Origin: Roseomonas sp.
Lineage (GTDB): Bacteria; Pseudomonadota; Alphaproteobacteria; Acetobacterales; Acetobacteraceae
Length of the DNA stretch: 37,595 bases
NCBI GenBank assembly: GCA_036563555.1
Contig: DATCMG010000529.1
Span: forward strand, 1-37,595
Direction of reading: 5' to 3'
Both the position numbers and the translations under genes were made by a program. This document shows, in pieces, positions 1 through 9,035 of this stretch. Numbering within the stretch: position 1 is the stretch's first letter; the number at the start of each line of letters is the position of its first letter. The notes beneath the pieces are model-generated. The model ran no database searches, was not told the origin of the DNA, and saw only the letters and a program-made list of their open reading frames with translations.

Positions 1-182
1 AGCATGCGCAAGGTTGATGGCTGGCAGACCCTGGGTCAGCCGCCCGCCAAGAGCATGATTGACCTCGCCGCCTGACGCGATACCGTCATCGCGCCGGAGA
101 CAGCCACGGCCATTTCCAACACATCCCGCGACGGCACCCCAGCAGCAGGCGGCGGCCGCACAGGGACGTGGATCCGGTCAAG

Positions 183-1766
183 TCAAGCATTCGCACTTCC
201 TGTTCGCGTCGAGATCGGCAGGCTGATCGAGCAGCGCACGCCCTCCGGGCTGAGTTCGTAGCGGGTCTTGGCCTCCAGCTGATAGGGCAGTGCTCGTTCG
301 ATCAGCTCGCGCCCATAGCCTCGCCGCGGCCCACTCTCCGTCGCGGGCGGCACCGCCAGGCCGCGCTCCTCCCACTCAACCCGCAGACGGCGTTCCCCAT
401 CCGGGCCGCGCACTACATGCCAGCTGATGGAGAGCTCGCCTTCAGGCTTGCCCAGGGCGCCGTATTTCAGAGCGTTGGTGGCCAGTTCATGCAGGGCAAG
501 CGCCAAAGTCTGTACCGTGCTGGATCGCAGGTGGACTTTGGGAGGCCCCTTGAGGGTTACCTTCGGGCCGCTTCCAGCGCCGTCAAGCACGCCATGGGCG
601 GCCAACTCGGCCCGGATCAGCTCATCAAAGGCGATCCTGTCACTGCTCTCCAGCCGCGAGAGCAGGCCATTGACCCGAGAGAGGGCCTCAAGCCGGGTTT
701 GGAACCGGTTCCCGAAATCGCTGAGGGAACTGCTGCTGGCCAGCGTCTTGTTGGCGATCGCACGGACCACGGCGACGATGTTCCGGGTGCGGTGCTGGAG
801 CTCGGCCACAAGCACGTCCAGGCGACCGGCGATCCCCTTCTCCTCAGTCACGTCATGACCAATGCCGCCGATGCGCTGCACACGACCGGCCTCGTCGAGG
901 AGCGGAAAATCGGTGTCATGGACCCAGCGCACATCGCCGTCGGACGGCCGCTCGATGCGGAAGACCTGGTTCACGCTCTCGCCCCGTTGCACCCGCACGA
1001 AGTTCCGGATCACCTGCTCCCGGTCCTCGGGGAGGATCAACTCGGCCCAGTTCTGGAGACTGTCGCCGTCCAGGATGCGGGTGCGGCTCACGCCATAGAC
1101 CATCTCGAAGGCCGGGCTGATGTATTCGAACTGCATGGTTTCCGCATTGCGGATCCAAAGGACGTCCGACGAAGCGGCGCTGAATTGCTGAAAGCGCTCC
1201 TCGCTCTCGCGCAGCCGTACTTCTGCAACGCGCATGTCCTGAGCCTTGCGCAAACGGTCAACCGCGGCCGCAAGGAGGTTGGCGTAGCCACGCAGGAACT
1301 GGATGTCCTGATCCGTGAACTCCCGGGGCTGGCGGCTATCCACCTGGAGGATGCCGTAGGGCGGCTGATCCTTCGGGCCGATGATGAGGACGTTCACCAG
1401 CGCCCTCACGCCGGCCTCCCTGATGAAGTCGGCATAGGTGAACCTCTCCTCGGCATCGATATCCGGGGAGATCACCGCTTCGCCGGTGTGGAGGGCGTGG
1501 CCTTCGGACGAACCCTTCTCGGCCTTGAGCTTGGCCTCCCCCACCACTCCGGCCGGCCAGTACACGCCAGCCTTGACCAGCAGGGTGGTGCCGTCCTCCT
1601 GAAGCTCCATCACCTTGGCAAGGTCGGTGCCCAGGGCCTCTCCCACCAGGCGGCAGGCCTCCTGCAGGATATCCTGGAGGTCATCGGACCGAAGGGCGAG
1701 CTCCCCAAAACGGGCGAGGACGCTCTGCTGGCGGAGGAGTTCGTCCTCTCGATCGGTGGTCGGCAC
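183..1766 (-). CDS. GAF-PAS sensor histidine kinase, HWE family
   Basis: N-terminal GAF; PAS (YISPAFEMVYG...RWVHD); H-box ELQHRTRN; LALALHELATNALKYGAL; SW...WEERG; GYGRELIE. Confidence 0.93.
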   Translation of the reverse strand: MPTTDREDELLRQQSVLARFGELALRSDDLQDILQEACRLVGEALGTDLAKVMELQEDGTTLLVKAGVYWPAGVVGEAKLKAEKGSSEGHALHTGEAVISPDIDAEERFTYADFIREAGVRALVNVLIIGPKDQPPYGILQVDSRQPREFTDQDIQFLRGYANLLAAAVDRLRKAQDMRVAEVRLRESEERFQQFSAASSDVLWIRNAETMQFEYISPAFEMVYGVSRTRILDGDSLQNWAELILPEDREQVIRNFVRVQRGESVNQVFRIERPSDGDVRWVHDTDFPLLDEAGRVQRIGGIGHDVTEEKGIAGRLDVLVAELQHRTRNIVAVVRAIANKTLASSSSLSDFGNRFQTRLEALSRVNGLLSRLESSDRIAFDELIRAELAAHGVLDGAGSGPKVTLKGPPKVHLRSSTVQTLALALHELATNALKYGALGKPEGELSISWHVVRGPDGERRLRVEWEERGLAVPPATESGPRRGYGRELIERALPYQLEAKTRYELSPEGVRCSISLPISTRTGSANA

Positions 1767-2237
1767 GGCTGGTCTTTGTCTTCTGCCTGATCAGGCGCCA
1801 GCGAATGCGCTTGGACACCCTCTCGGAGGGGGGTGGAGACTGGGGAACCCAGGCCAAGGGCCTATTCTGGGCACCATATAGCCTGAACTCTGAATATTGG
1901 TGGGGTCGCCAGGGTTACCAGCCTCGCTGAGCCGCTTTCCGGCAGTCCAGCCGCAAGCCTACGACTGTCGGACACGCTTCTACGACGATTTCCGCTTCCA
2001 AGCCCCCGCCCGATATCCGTCACGGTCCGAAAGGGCGCGAAGCGGAAGGGAGGGAAATCTGGCCGAGAGTGGAATGTAACCGTTTGGCGGTCCGCGGCGC
2101 ACATCCTAGACACAGGAGGAGGCGGTCGCCTTCCATGCCGCGGTGCCTGCACGTGGCAGGTCGCGGGTGAAGGCCCGCAATCAGCACTACTAGCGGACGA
2201 AATCTAACACTTGGTGCCATGGCAGCGCCGGTTGGAA

Positions 2238-2483
2238 CTATCGCCTTCGCCGTGCCCTCTCGAAAGCCTCGCGGTCCCGGGCGCGCTGGGCACGCTGGTC
2301 CTCCTTCTCCCGCTGCGCTGCCTGTTGCATCATGCAATTCGAGTAGGCATCCGTCCCTCGCCGGAAGCCGAAGCCGTCGCAAGCCCGCTGGTCTGCCTCC
2401 CGATCCATCTGGTCCAAGGCAGCGATAACACCGCATCCCCCGAGCAAGACGGCCAGGGAACCGACAGCAAGAAAGTTCTTCAT
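2238..2483 (-). CDS. small putative lipoprotein
   Basis: ATG at 2483 after GGAGG; MKNFLAVGSLAVLLGG-C lipobox; C-x2-GF-x2-GTDAY-x2-C motif. Confidence 0.7.
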   Translation of the reverse strand: MKNFLAVGSLAVLLGGCGVIAALDQMDREADQRACDGFGFRRGTDAYSNCMMQQAAQREKEDQRAQRARDREAFERARRRR

Positions 2484-2685
2484 TCCTGCCTCCGCGACGA
2501 ACCACACCGGTAGCGTAGGACCGTCTTTCCCCGGGTACCAAGCGTTAGGCGTTGACCACTAGGCGAAGACGGAAGGCGCGGTACGCCCACGGCAACCCGG
2601 ATCACATCGGGCGTGACTCCCGGCCCGCATGCATGGGCGGACGGCACCCTGGCGCGTTGTCCTTTCCTGGGAGAGGAGGACCACC

Positions 2686-2865
2686 GTGATTCATTTCGCC
2701 CGTCTCGCGCGTTTCGCGCTCGTGGTCGCCGCCGCCGCCGGCCTGGCCGGTTGCGGCGTAGTAGCGCTGCCCTTCCGGGCGACCAGCGCCGTGGTCAAGG
2801 TGGTTCCCGTTGTCGGTGACGTGGCCGCCGCTCCACTGGATGTCACGGCGGATGTCCTCGACTAG
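2686..2865 (+). CDS. small lipoprotein (DUF6726-like)
   Basis: GTG at 2686 after GAGGAGG; lipobox LAGC; CGVVALPFRATSAVVKVVPVVGDVAAAPLD. Confidence 0.7.
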   Translation: MIHFARLARFALVVAAAAGLAGCGVVALPFRATSAVVKVVPVVGDVAAAPLDVTADVLD

Positions 2866-2945
2866 AGGAATCGGCCGGCTGGCCACCCGGATCAGGCCGC
2901 TGCTACCAGGGTTGTCCGACAGGCAGGAGCGGGGGCGGCAGAGCT

Positions 2946-3161
2946 CTATTCCGCAACGGCTAGCATCGCCGCAGCTCCGCCTTCGTTCCAGCGAGGTCCA
3001 GGCCGATTGCACAGCACGGGGCAGGGCTCTTCAGGTTCGGGCGGGCCATCCTCATCGCTGGACGAGGCAGGAGGGTTGCGTACGGCATCGCGGATGAGTT
3101 CGCGCAGCCACGCTTCTTTGGAGACGAACTGAGCAGAGGATCGGCTGTTTGTCTCGGTCAT
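2946..3161 (-). CDS. hypothetical protein
   Basis: ORF MTETNSRSS...; weak resemblance to the duplicated small ORFs at 4867 and 8715. Confidence 0.35.
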   Translation of the reverse strand: MTETNSRSSAQFVSKEAWLRELIRDAVRNPPASSSDEDGPPEPEEPCPVLCNRPGPRWNEGGAAAMLAVAE

Positions 3162-3207
3162 GAGGGAAGCCGCCGCGTTCAGAGCCACGGCGCCGCGTCA
3201 TGGGTTG

Positions 3208-3255
3208 AGAAAGGGGCGCGCCGATGCTTGGCCGAGCGCCGGCATCGGCGCGCCC
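3208..3255 (-). terminator. intrinsic terminator of the hsp20 gene
   Basis: 14-bp perfect stem GGGCGCGCCGATGC (3214-3227) / GCATCGGCGCGCCC (3242-3255), followed by CTTTCT on the minus strand, just after the stop codon. Confidence 0.75.
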
Positions 3256-3261
3256 GAAGGC

Positions 3262-3723
3262 TTATGCTGCTCGATGTTCGATCATCTCGGGGCGAGGCGC
3301 CGAACCCGAGCCAATGGCAATCTGGCGCGGCTTTGCCTCCTCGGGAACTTCCCGGACGAGGTTGATCGACAGAACGCCGTGCGCGTAGTCAGCATTCTGC
3401 ACCTTGACGAAATCGGCCAAGTTGAAGCGCTGCACGAAGGCGTCGCCCTTGATGCCGCGGTGCATATACTCGGGACCCTGCGTTGCGGTCTTCTTGCCTT
3501 CGACGACGAGGACATTCTGCTGCGCCGTGATCGACAACTCCTCCGGGGTGAAGCCAGCTACAGCCATCTCGATGCGGTACTCCCCATCACCGGTCATCGC
3601 AATGTTGTAGGGGGGCCAGCTGTTCTCGGTATTCGATGACCGGAGCGAATCCTCCAGCGCACGGAACATACGGTCGAAGCCAACGCTGGACCGCGCAAAA
3701 GGCGAAAAGTCGTAAGTTCTCAT
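3262..3723 (-). CDS. ibpA: small heat shock protein, Hsp20/IbpA class A
   Basis: MRTYDFSPFARSSVGFDR; WPPYNI; YRIEMAVAGF; YMHRGI; GVLSINL; PEEAKPRQIAI (IxI motif); RBS GAGGAGGA. Confidence 0.93.
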   Translation of the reverse strand: MRTYDFSPFARSSVGFDRMFRALEDSLRSSNTENSWPPYNIAMTGDGEYRIEMAVAGFTPEELSITAQQNVLVVEGKKTATQGPEYMHRGIKGDAFVQRFNLADFVKVQNADYAHGVLSINLVREVPEEAKPRQIAIGSGSAPRPEMIEHRAA

Positions 3724-3809
3724 AGCCACATCCTCCTCAGAGCAACATGGACACAAGACGGTTTGGGGGTGGTCGGCACCCCTGCCGGACCCTCATAGGC
3801 GTCCGGCGC
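3721..3809 (-). ncRNA. ROSE RNA thermometer in the hsp20 5' UTR
   Basis: Three hairpins (3784-3807, 3766-3782, 3726-3750); the last pairs CCAUGUUGCU with AGGAUGUGG, giving the ROSE U(U/C)GCU motif with a bulged G opposite the SD. Confidence 0.85.
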
Positions 3810-3814
3810 AATCG

Positions 3815-3843
3815 AGCTAGGTGGCCGGATGGCAGGGATCAAG
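3815..3843 (-). promoter_or_regulatory. RpoH (sigma32)-type promoter
   Basis: CTTG-N18-CCTAGCT directly upstream of the ROSE leader; matches the alphaproteobacterial RpoH consensus. Confidence 0.7.
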
Positions 3844-3872
3844 AGGGGCTTACTGACCGCGCCCTGCCATCC

Positions 3873-4841
3873 TCACAGCCCCACCTTGCCCGCTGCATTG
3901 TCCACGAAGAGGCTTCCCCGTCGGATGTAGCCTCGCAGCACCGGCAGGGACTTGTGACGGCTCTGGTTCTGGATGTGCGCTTCCGGCACGCCGGCCCGCG
4001 CTGCCGTGGTGATGAAGCCGCTGCGCAGGCTGTGGCCGGCATAGGTCTCGGGCGGGTATCCGGCCGCCGCGACAGAGGCCTTCACGACTCGCGCGACATC
4101 CCGATCCGAGAGGCGCGCGGCGCCCAGTCCGCCATGCCGGTTGACGCTGCGGAAGACGGCGCCGGCCTCGATGCCGGCAGCCTTCAACCAAGCGCCCAGC
4201 GTCAGGACGGGGCAGGTCCGCTCGGAGCTGCCGAAGGGGATAGCTATCTCGGTACCCCGGCCTTCCTGGTCCGTCTTCGCACGGCGCAGCGTGAGGATCA
4301 GACCCTCGGGGACGAAGGCGACATCAGCAGCATCCAGCGCCACCAGCTCCGATCGGCGCAGCGCCGCGGCGAAACCGACCAGGAGCAGCGCCCGATCTCT
4401 CAACGGGCGCAGGCCGGGCCGCTTCTCCAGCTTATCCACGGCATCGCGGATCACGGTCGACACCGCCGCGTCCTTCTTCTGCGGCGCCGTACCATGGGTG
4501 CGCCGGATCCCCTTCATCGTCTCGCGGATGGCAGGGTGGCCGGTGTCGATCCGATGGCCGGCGAGACGGTGTGCCTGCCCAATCGCCACCAGGCGCATGG
4601 AGAGAGACGCAGCCTTGTGGGTGCTGGCCCGCGCGGCGAGGAAGGTGCCGACCGTCTCAGGCGAGGCGGGGAGGGCGGTGCGCCCAGCCTCATCGCACCA
4701 GGCAGCGAAGTCTACCCAGGCGGCGCGATAGGCGCGGCGCGTGTTCGCGGCCGAGGCCTCGCGCGCATAGGCCAGCGCCTCGTCCGACATGGCTGGTGCC
4801 GCAGGCATCAGCAAGGCTGACGAGGCCGTCACGAGAGACAT
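3873..4841 (-). CDS. tyrosine recombinase, Cre-like plasmid resolvase
   Basis: ATG 4841 after GGAG; SAM-like N-domain (SAANTRRAYRAAW..F..WC); catalytic RRSEL, AKTDQ, HSLRSG, RHKS, GYIR. Confidence 0.92.
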   Translation of the reverse strand: MSLVTASSALLMPAAPAMSDEALAYAREASAANTRRAYRAAWVDFAAWCDEAGRTALPASPETVGTFLAARASTHKAASLSMRLVAIGQAHRLAGHRIDTGHPAIRETMKGIRRTHGTAPQKKDAAVSTVIRDAVDKLEKRPGLRPLRDRALLLVGFAAALRRSELVALDAADVAFVPEGLILTLRRAKTDQEGRGTEIAIPFGSSERTCPVLTLGAWLKAAGIEAGAVFRSVNRHGGLGAARLSDRDVARVVKASVAAAGYPPETYAGHSLRSGFITTAARAGVPEAHIQNQSRHKSLPVLRGYIRRGSLFVDNAAGKVGL

Positions 4842-4866
4842 GCTGTTGGCTCCGTTTTCGCAGCTA

Positions 4867-5139
4867 TCAGAACTCAAAGCGACTTTGCCGGGGATCATGC
4901 ACCACGCCGCGGCGGCTGCCGGAGGGGGAGCCTTCCATCGTCCTGGGCTTCGCAGGAGGGAGGGAGGGCGCTGGCGTCGGCTCAGGCTCTGGCGCCTCAT
5001 CTTCGGCCGACACGGGGTCATGCAGGAGCTTCGCCGTCCAGGCGCGCCGTTGGGCGACATAGGCGGCTTGCTTCGCCTCCTGCTCCGCAAGCCATTCGGC
5101 GCTTACGGGGACGCGGGCTGGGGGGTCGGGCCGGTCCAT
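4867..5139 (-). CDS. small Pro-rich hypothetical protein, copy 1
   Basis: Clear paralog of 8715-8981 (WLxEQEAKQxAYxAxRRAW...VHDPRQxRFEF); frame conserved in both copies. Confidence 0.7.
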   Translation of the reverse strand: MDRPDPPARVPVSAEWLAEQEAKQAAYVAQRRAWTAKLLHDPVSAEDEAPEPEPTPAPSLPPAKPRTMEGSPSGSRRGVVHDPRQSRFEF

Positions 5140-5168
5140 TGCGACAGCAGAATACCCGAAGATCTGAG

Positions 5169-5193
5169 GTCCGATAACCTATCATTGTCGGAC
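5169..5193. repeat. lox-like recombination site candidate
   Basis: GTCCGATAA-CCTATCA-TTGTCGGAC: 9-bp arms (1 mismatch) around a 7-bp asymmetric spacer, upstream of the recombinase operon. Confidence 0.6.
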
Positions 5194-5533
5194 ACCAGAA
5201 GGGAGAGGAGAGGGGCCGTGGCGCCCGCCGTCCGTGCCCGGATGAGGCATTCGGCTCCCTTGATGGCTGTAGGCACGATAACTGCCATTGCTGCCCATGA
5301 CGCAAGGGAGGCTCGGACTTCGTAAGAGCGGCCTCACCCGGCGGCCCAAGGTCAGCCAACCTATCCAGGACCGCGATACCAGTATCAATTATGCAACAGT
5401 GTTGCCGTGACCGCTGCGCCATATACCGAACGGCCCACAGTGCCCTTTGACGGCTCCGTCTAATTTTGTACCGATGTGGCAACGCTGGGGGGCGTTGGGG
5501 ATGTCATTAGCGGTGATTGCCGGCGGCGGAGTT

Positions 5534-6034
5534 ATGCCGCCCTCTCAAGGGATTGCCACAGGAGCGGGGCGCAGGTCCCAGGGACCGTACCTTTCGCGCG
5601 GCGGCCGCGCTGCTCATATCCTCGTGGCAGAGGATGAACCGACCATCAACGCGCTCATCGAGGAGCATCTCACCGATGCTGGATACCGGGTCACGACCGC
5701 GGTGGACGGCCTGGATGCGCTGCTCGCCCTCTCAACGGCGCGTTTCGACGTTGTCCTGACCGACATCCGGATGCCGAGGCTCGACGGTGTGGGGCTCGTG
5801 CGTCATCTGCGCGAGGAGCATCCGCAGCTCCCTGTGGTCGTGTTCAGTGGCCATATGAGCGAGCAGGACCGGCATGCGCTCTTGAGGATGAGAGTGCCCA
5901 GCGAGGCCATTCTCGAAAAGCCGTTTGCCTTCTCAAAGCTGCACGATGCGATCCAGATGGCGCTCCGCCGAGCCGCTTCGCAGTCCCTCCTAGGCCAAGG
6001 CTATGTGCAGGCTGAGATGTCCTGCGCGGGTTGA
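5534..6034 (+). CDS. single-domain response regulator (REC)
   Basis: ILVAEDE; VVLTDIRMPRLDG; VVVFSG; LEKPF; start codon uncertain. Confidence 0.85.
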   Translation: MPPSQGIATGAGRRSQGPYLSRGGRAAHILVAEDEPTINALIEEHLTDAGYRVTTAVDGLDALLALSTARFDVVLTDIRMPRLDGVGLVRHLREEHPQLPVVVFSGHMSEQDRHALLRMRVPSEAILEKPFAFSKLHDAIQMALRRAASQSLLGQGYVQAEMSCAG

Positions 6035-6413
6035 GTGGAGGAGTCTTCACCAGACCCGCCAGGACGGCGATCAGATTCTCGGGTGCGAATGGCTTCACCA
6101 GGAGGGGCGCGCTCACGTGCATGCTGGTACCGACATCATAGTAGCCGGTGGCAAACACGAAGGGTACGCCGAGGCTGGCAAGTCTGTCAGCGACAGGAAA
6201 CACGGTGCTGTCACACAGCCTTATGTCGAGCACGGCCGCATCTATGGCGTCCTGAGTGCTCGTCTCATTGATCAGCCCTAAAGCCTCCTCGGTGCACGAA
6301 GCAGGCCCGACAACCTGAGCACCCGCGCCGTGGAGGCTTTCCTCGACCAGCATTGCGATCAGGGCTTCATCCTCCACCACGAGAATGCGCCGCCCTTCGA
6401 TCCCTGAAACCAC
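5844..6413 (-). CDS. single-domain response regulator (REC), FATGY-motif type
   Basis: RRILVVEDEALIA; AAVLDIRL; PFVFATGY; LLVKPF; C-terminal tail overlaps the convergent regulator. Confidence 0.85.
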   Translation of the reverse strand: MVSGIEGRRILVVEDEALIAMLVEESLHGAGAQVVGPASCTEEALGLINETSTQDAIDAAVLDIRLCDSTVFPVADRLASLGVPFVFATGYYDVGTSMHVSAPLLVKPFAPENLIAVLAGLVKTPPLNPRRTSQPAHSLGLGGTAKRLGGAPSGSHRAALRRQTAFREWPRWALSSSRAHAGPARSYGH

Positions 6414-6833
6414 CGGACTATCCCCCAGGCAGCAGTCGCCGTGCCTGTTATTAAAATATCGAAACTATAACGTCCACAAAATTACCATTCTTCCGTTATT
6501 CCGGAACAGGTTCGAAGGGGCGCTTTTACTGGGACAGCCATGCATCAGCTGCTTCTAAGAAGAAGCTAGGAAGCAGCGTGAAGTCCGACTCTGGGGAGGA
6601 GCCCCGTTCGGGCTGCCTGCCTGGCAGTTGCTGGGGAACTCGTCAGGGGAGGTGGCGGAAGAGCAGCCGAGCACCTGGGACGCCTTCAGGAACGGCTCGC
6701 CTGGACGAACCCATCAGGCAATTCCTTGACGAGCCATAGACGCGGCGGAAGCATGCCTGCCAGCGGTTTCGGAGACGGTGCGGTGCCCCGGGCTCGCGGA
6801 GGCAGCTGCCCAGCGCCGGAGACCCTCTATCCC

Positions 6834-7679
6834 ATGCCCTTTGTGGAACGCCCGGGCGAGCCCGTACTGCACTACGTCATCGATGACTTCACCGACCCCT
6901 GGAAGGACGCGCCCGTCCTGCTCCTGCAGCACGGCAATGGGCGGTCCGGGCGGTTCTGGTACCGCTGGGTGCCCTACCTTTCTCGGTTCTACCGGGTGGT
7001 GCGGCCAGACCTGCGTGGTCTCGGGCAATCCGGCCGCGACTTCGACCTGGCCACAGGGCTGACCCTGGAAGCGCTGGTGGGCGATCTGGCGGCGCTGCTC
7101 GACAGACTGGGAACGGCCTCCGTCCATTATGTCGGGGAATCGATGGGCGGCATTCTCGGCCTCGCGCTGGCTGCCACGCATCCGGAGCGGGTGCGAACGC
7201 TGACGCTGGTGGCAACACCGGTCTCGATCAGCGGCGGAATGAAGGAACGCTATGCCATGGGCCATGGCTCGCGGGTTGGCGCGATGCGGGAGATGGGCAT
7301 CCGGCCCTGGGTGGAAGCAACCACGCGCGGCACGCGCCTGCCGGCAGATGAGCAGCCCGACCTGTTCCGTTGGTACGTGGACGAGTTCGTGGCCAACGAC
7401 ACCAACGTGCAGCTCCGCATGTCGGAACTGGTGAACGCCGCCGATGCCTCCGCCTTTCTGCCCCGGGTCAAGGCGCCGGTGCTGGGCCTCTACCCCACTG
7501 CCGGGCAGATCACTGATTCGGAGCAGGAGGCGCGGCTCAAGGCTGGGCTGCGGAACTTCGAGATGATCCATCTGCCTACCCCTTGGCACATGGTGCAGCT
7601 TCTGCACCCGGCAGAATGCGCGCGTCGGACGCTGGCCTTCTGCGCCAGCCATGATGGCATTGCCATCGAGGAGCCCTGA
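6834..7679 (+). CDS. alpha/beta-fold hydrolase
   Basis: LLLQHG; DLRGLGQS; nucleophile motif GESMGG; C-terminal His (PWHMV). Confidence 0.9.
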   Translation: MPFVERPGEPVLHYVIDDFTDPWKDAPVLLLQHGNGRSGRFWYRWVPYLSRFYRVVRPDLRGLGQSGRDFDLATGLTLEALVGDLAALLDRLGTASVHYVGESMGGILGLALAATHPERVRTLTLVATPVSISGGMKERYAMGHGSRVGAMREMGIRPWVEATTRGTRLPADEQPDLFRWYVDEFVANDTNVQLRMSELVNAADASAFLPRVKAPVLGLYPTAGQITDSEQEARLKAGLRNFEMIHLPTPWHMVQLLHPAECARRTLAFCASHDGIAIEEP

Positions 7680-7681
7680 GA

Positions 7682-8662
7682 ATGTCCGCCATACTGCGCC
7701 GCCATGCTCTTCTCGCCCCGCTTGCCGCCAGTCTGGCGCGGCCCGCTCTTGCCCAGGACCCGCTGGCCGGCTGGCCACCCCGGCCGGTGCGCTTTGTGGT
7801 TCCCTTCCCACCTGGTGGCGGGACCGATGTCCTGGCGCGGCTAATCGGTCAACGCCTATCGGAGATCTGGGGCAAGCCTGTTGTGGTGGAGAACCGGCCG
7901 GGCGCAAACGGCATCCTCGGCACGGATGTAGTGGCCAAGGCGCGGCCGGACGGGCTGACGCTGGGCTTCGTGCTGGCAACTCATGCCATCAACCCGCTTC
8001 TTTACCGCAGCCTACCCTACGACACGGACCGCGACATCGCACCCGTCACACTGGTGGCAGAGTACCCGTACATCCTCACCGTGAACACGGCGGTCCCGGC
8101 AAACAGCATTCCAGAACTGATCGCACTCGCGGGCTCGAAGCCGGGGGAGATCTCATACGCCTCCTCCGGGAACGGCAGCGGACCACATCTGGCAGGAGAG
8201 ATGCTAGCGCAGATGGCGGGAATCCGGCTTCTGCATGTGCCTTATCGCGGTGCCGGGCCGGCAAACAACGATCTGGTCGCGGGCCAGGTGAGCATGATGT
8301 TCAACAACCTGCTGGCAGCCGCGCAGTTACTCCGTGCGGGAAATCTACGTGTGCTGGCTGTGGGCACCCCGGAGCGGTCCGCTGCCCTGCCCGACGTGCC
8401 GGCTTTGGCAGAGTTCCTGCCGGGCTTCGCCGCGACGGGCTGGTATGCGGTGGTCGCACCCGCTGCCGTGGCCCCGGAGATCATCGGGAAAATCCAATCA
8501 GATGTCGCGACCATTCTGCGCGATCCGGAGATGCGCCAACGGCTGGCACCAGACGGAGCGGTGCCGGTGGGGAATACGCCTGCCGCGTTCCGCGACTTTA
8601 TCCAGCAGGATCGCCACCGCTGGGGGGCAGTCATTCGGACGGCCAATGTGCAGTTGGAATAG
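7682..8662 (+). CDS. Bug/TctC tripartite tricarboxylate transporter substrate-binding protein
   Basis: Tat-like signal; WPPRPVRFVVPFPPGGGTDVLAR; ENRPGANG; HVPYRG; 2 bp after the hydrolase stop. Confidence 0.95.
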   Translation: MSAILRRHALLAPLAASLARPALAQDPLAGWPPRPVRFVVPFPPGGGTDVLARLIGQRLSEIWGKPVVVENRPGANGILGTDVVAKARPDGLTLGFVLATHAINPLLYRSLPYDTDRDIAPVTLVAEYPYILTVNTAVPANSIPELIALAGSKPGEISYASSGNGSGPHLAGEMLAQMAGIRLLHVPYRGAGPANNDLVAGQVSMMFNNLLAAAQLLRAGNLRVLAVGTPERSAALPDVPALAEFLPGFAATGWYAVVAPAAVAPEIIGKIQSDVATILRDPEMRQRLAPDGAVPVGNTPAAFRDFIQQDRHRWGAVIRTANVQLE

Positions 8663-8714
8663 CGGCATGGCCGAGACGATGCTGAGACGCCAAGGGTTCT
8701 GCACATCAGGATTG

Positions 8715-8981
8715 TCAGAACTCAAAGCGCTTTTGCCTTGGATCATGCACCAGTCCGCGTGACCGCCGTGGCGGGGTGCCCTGCATCGTTGTGGGGCTCG
8801 AAGGTGCGCGGGGCGGTGATGGTGATGGATCCGGCGCCTCTTCCTCGTCCGGCACGGTGTCGTGCCCGAGCTTTTGCACCCAGGCACGCCTCTTTGCCGC
8901 ATAGGCTTCCTGCTTCGCCTCCTGCTCAGTAAGCCAGGCGGCGGTCGGTATCGTCGGCAGAGGCCTCTCGTGCTCGTCCAT
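8715..8981 (-). CDS. small Pro-rich hypothetical protein, copy 2
   Basis: Paralog of 4867-5139; shared DNA blocks TCAGAACTCAAAGCG, GGATCATGCACCA, CTTCGCCTCCTGCTC. Confidence 0.7.
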   Translation of the reverse strand: MDEHERPLPTIPTAAWLTEQEAKQEAYAAKRRAWVQKLGHDTVPDEEEAPDPSPSPPRAPSSPTTMQGTPPRRSRGLVHDPRQKRFEF

Positions 8982-9035
8982 CTCTCAAGCCAGCTATGGA
9001 TCACTCTTTCCAGACATGTTGCTTACTCCTGTCGC

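Noticed and set aside
168-1790. 540 aa plus-strand ORF
   Set aside because: Antisense shadow of the HWE kinase; no motifs; expected in GC-rich DNA
2015-2100. GTCC-GAAA-GGGC-GCGAAGC resembling a c-di-GMP-I riboswitch
   Set aside because: Lacks the GGCAAAC 5' element and the tetraloop receptor
4842-5090. N-terminal extension of the recombinase ORF (405 aa form)
   Set aside because: Overlaps the conserved small ORF in another frame; the RBS supports the 4841 start
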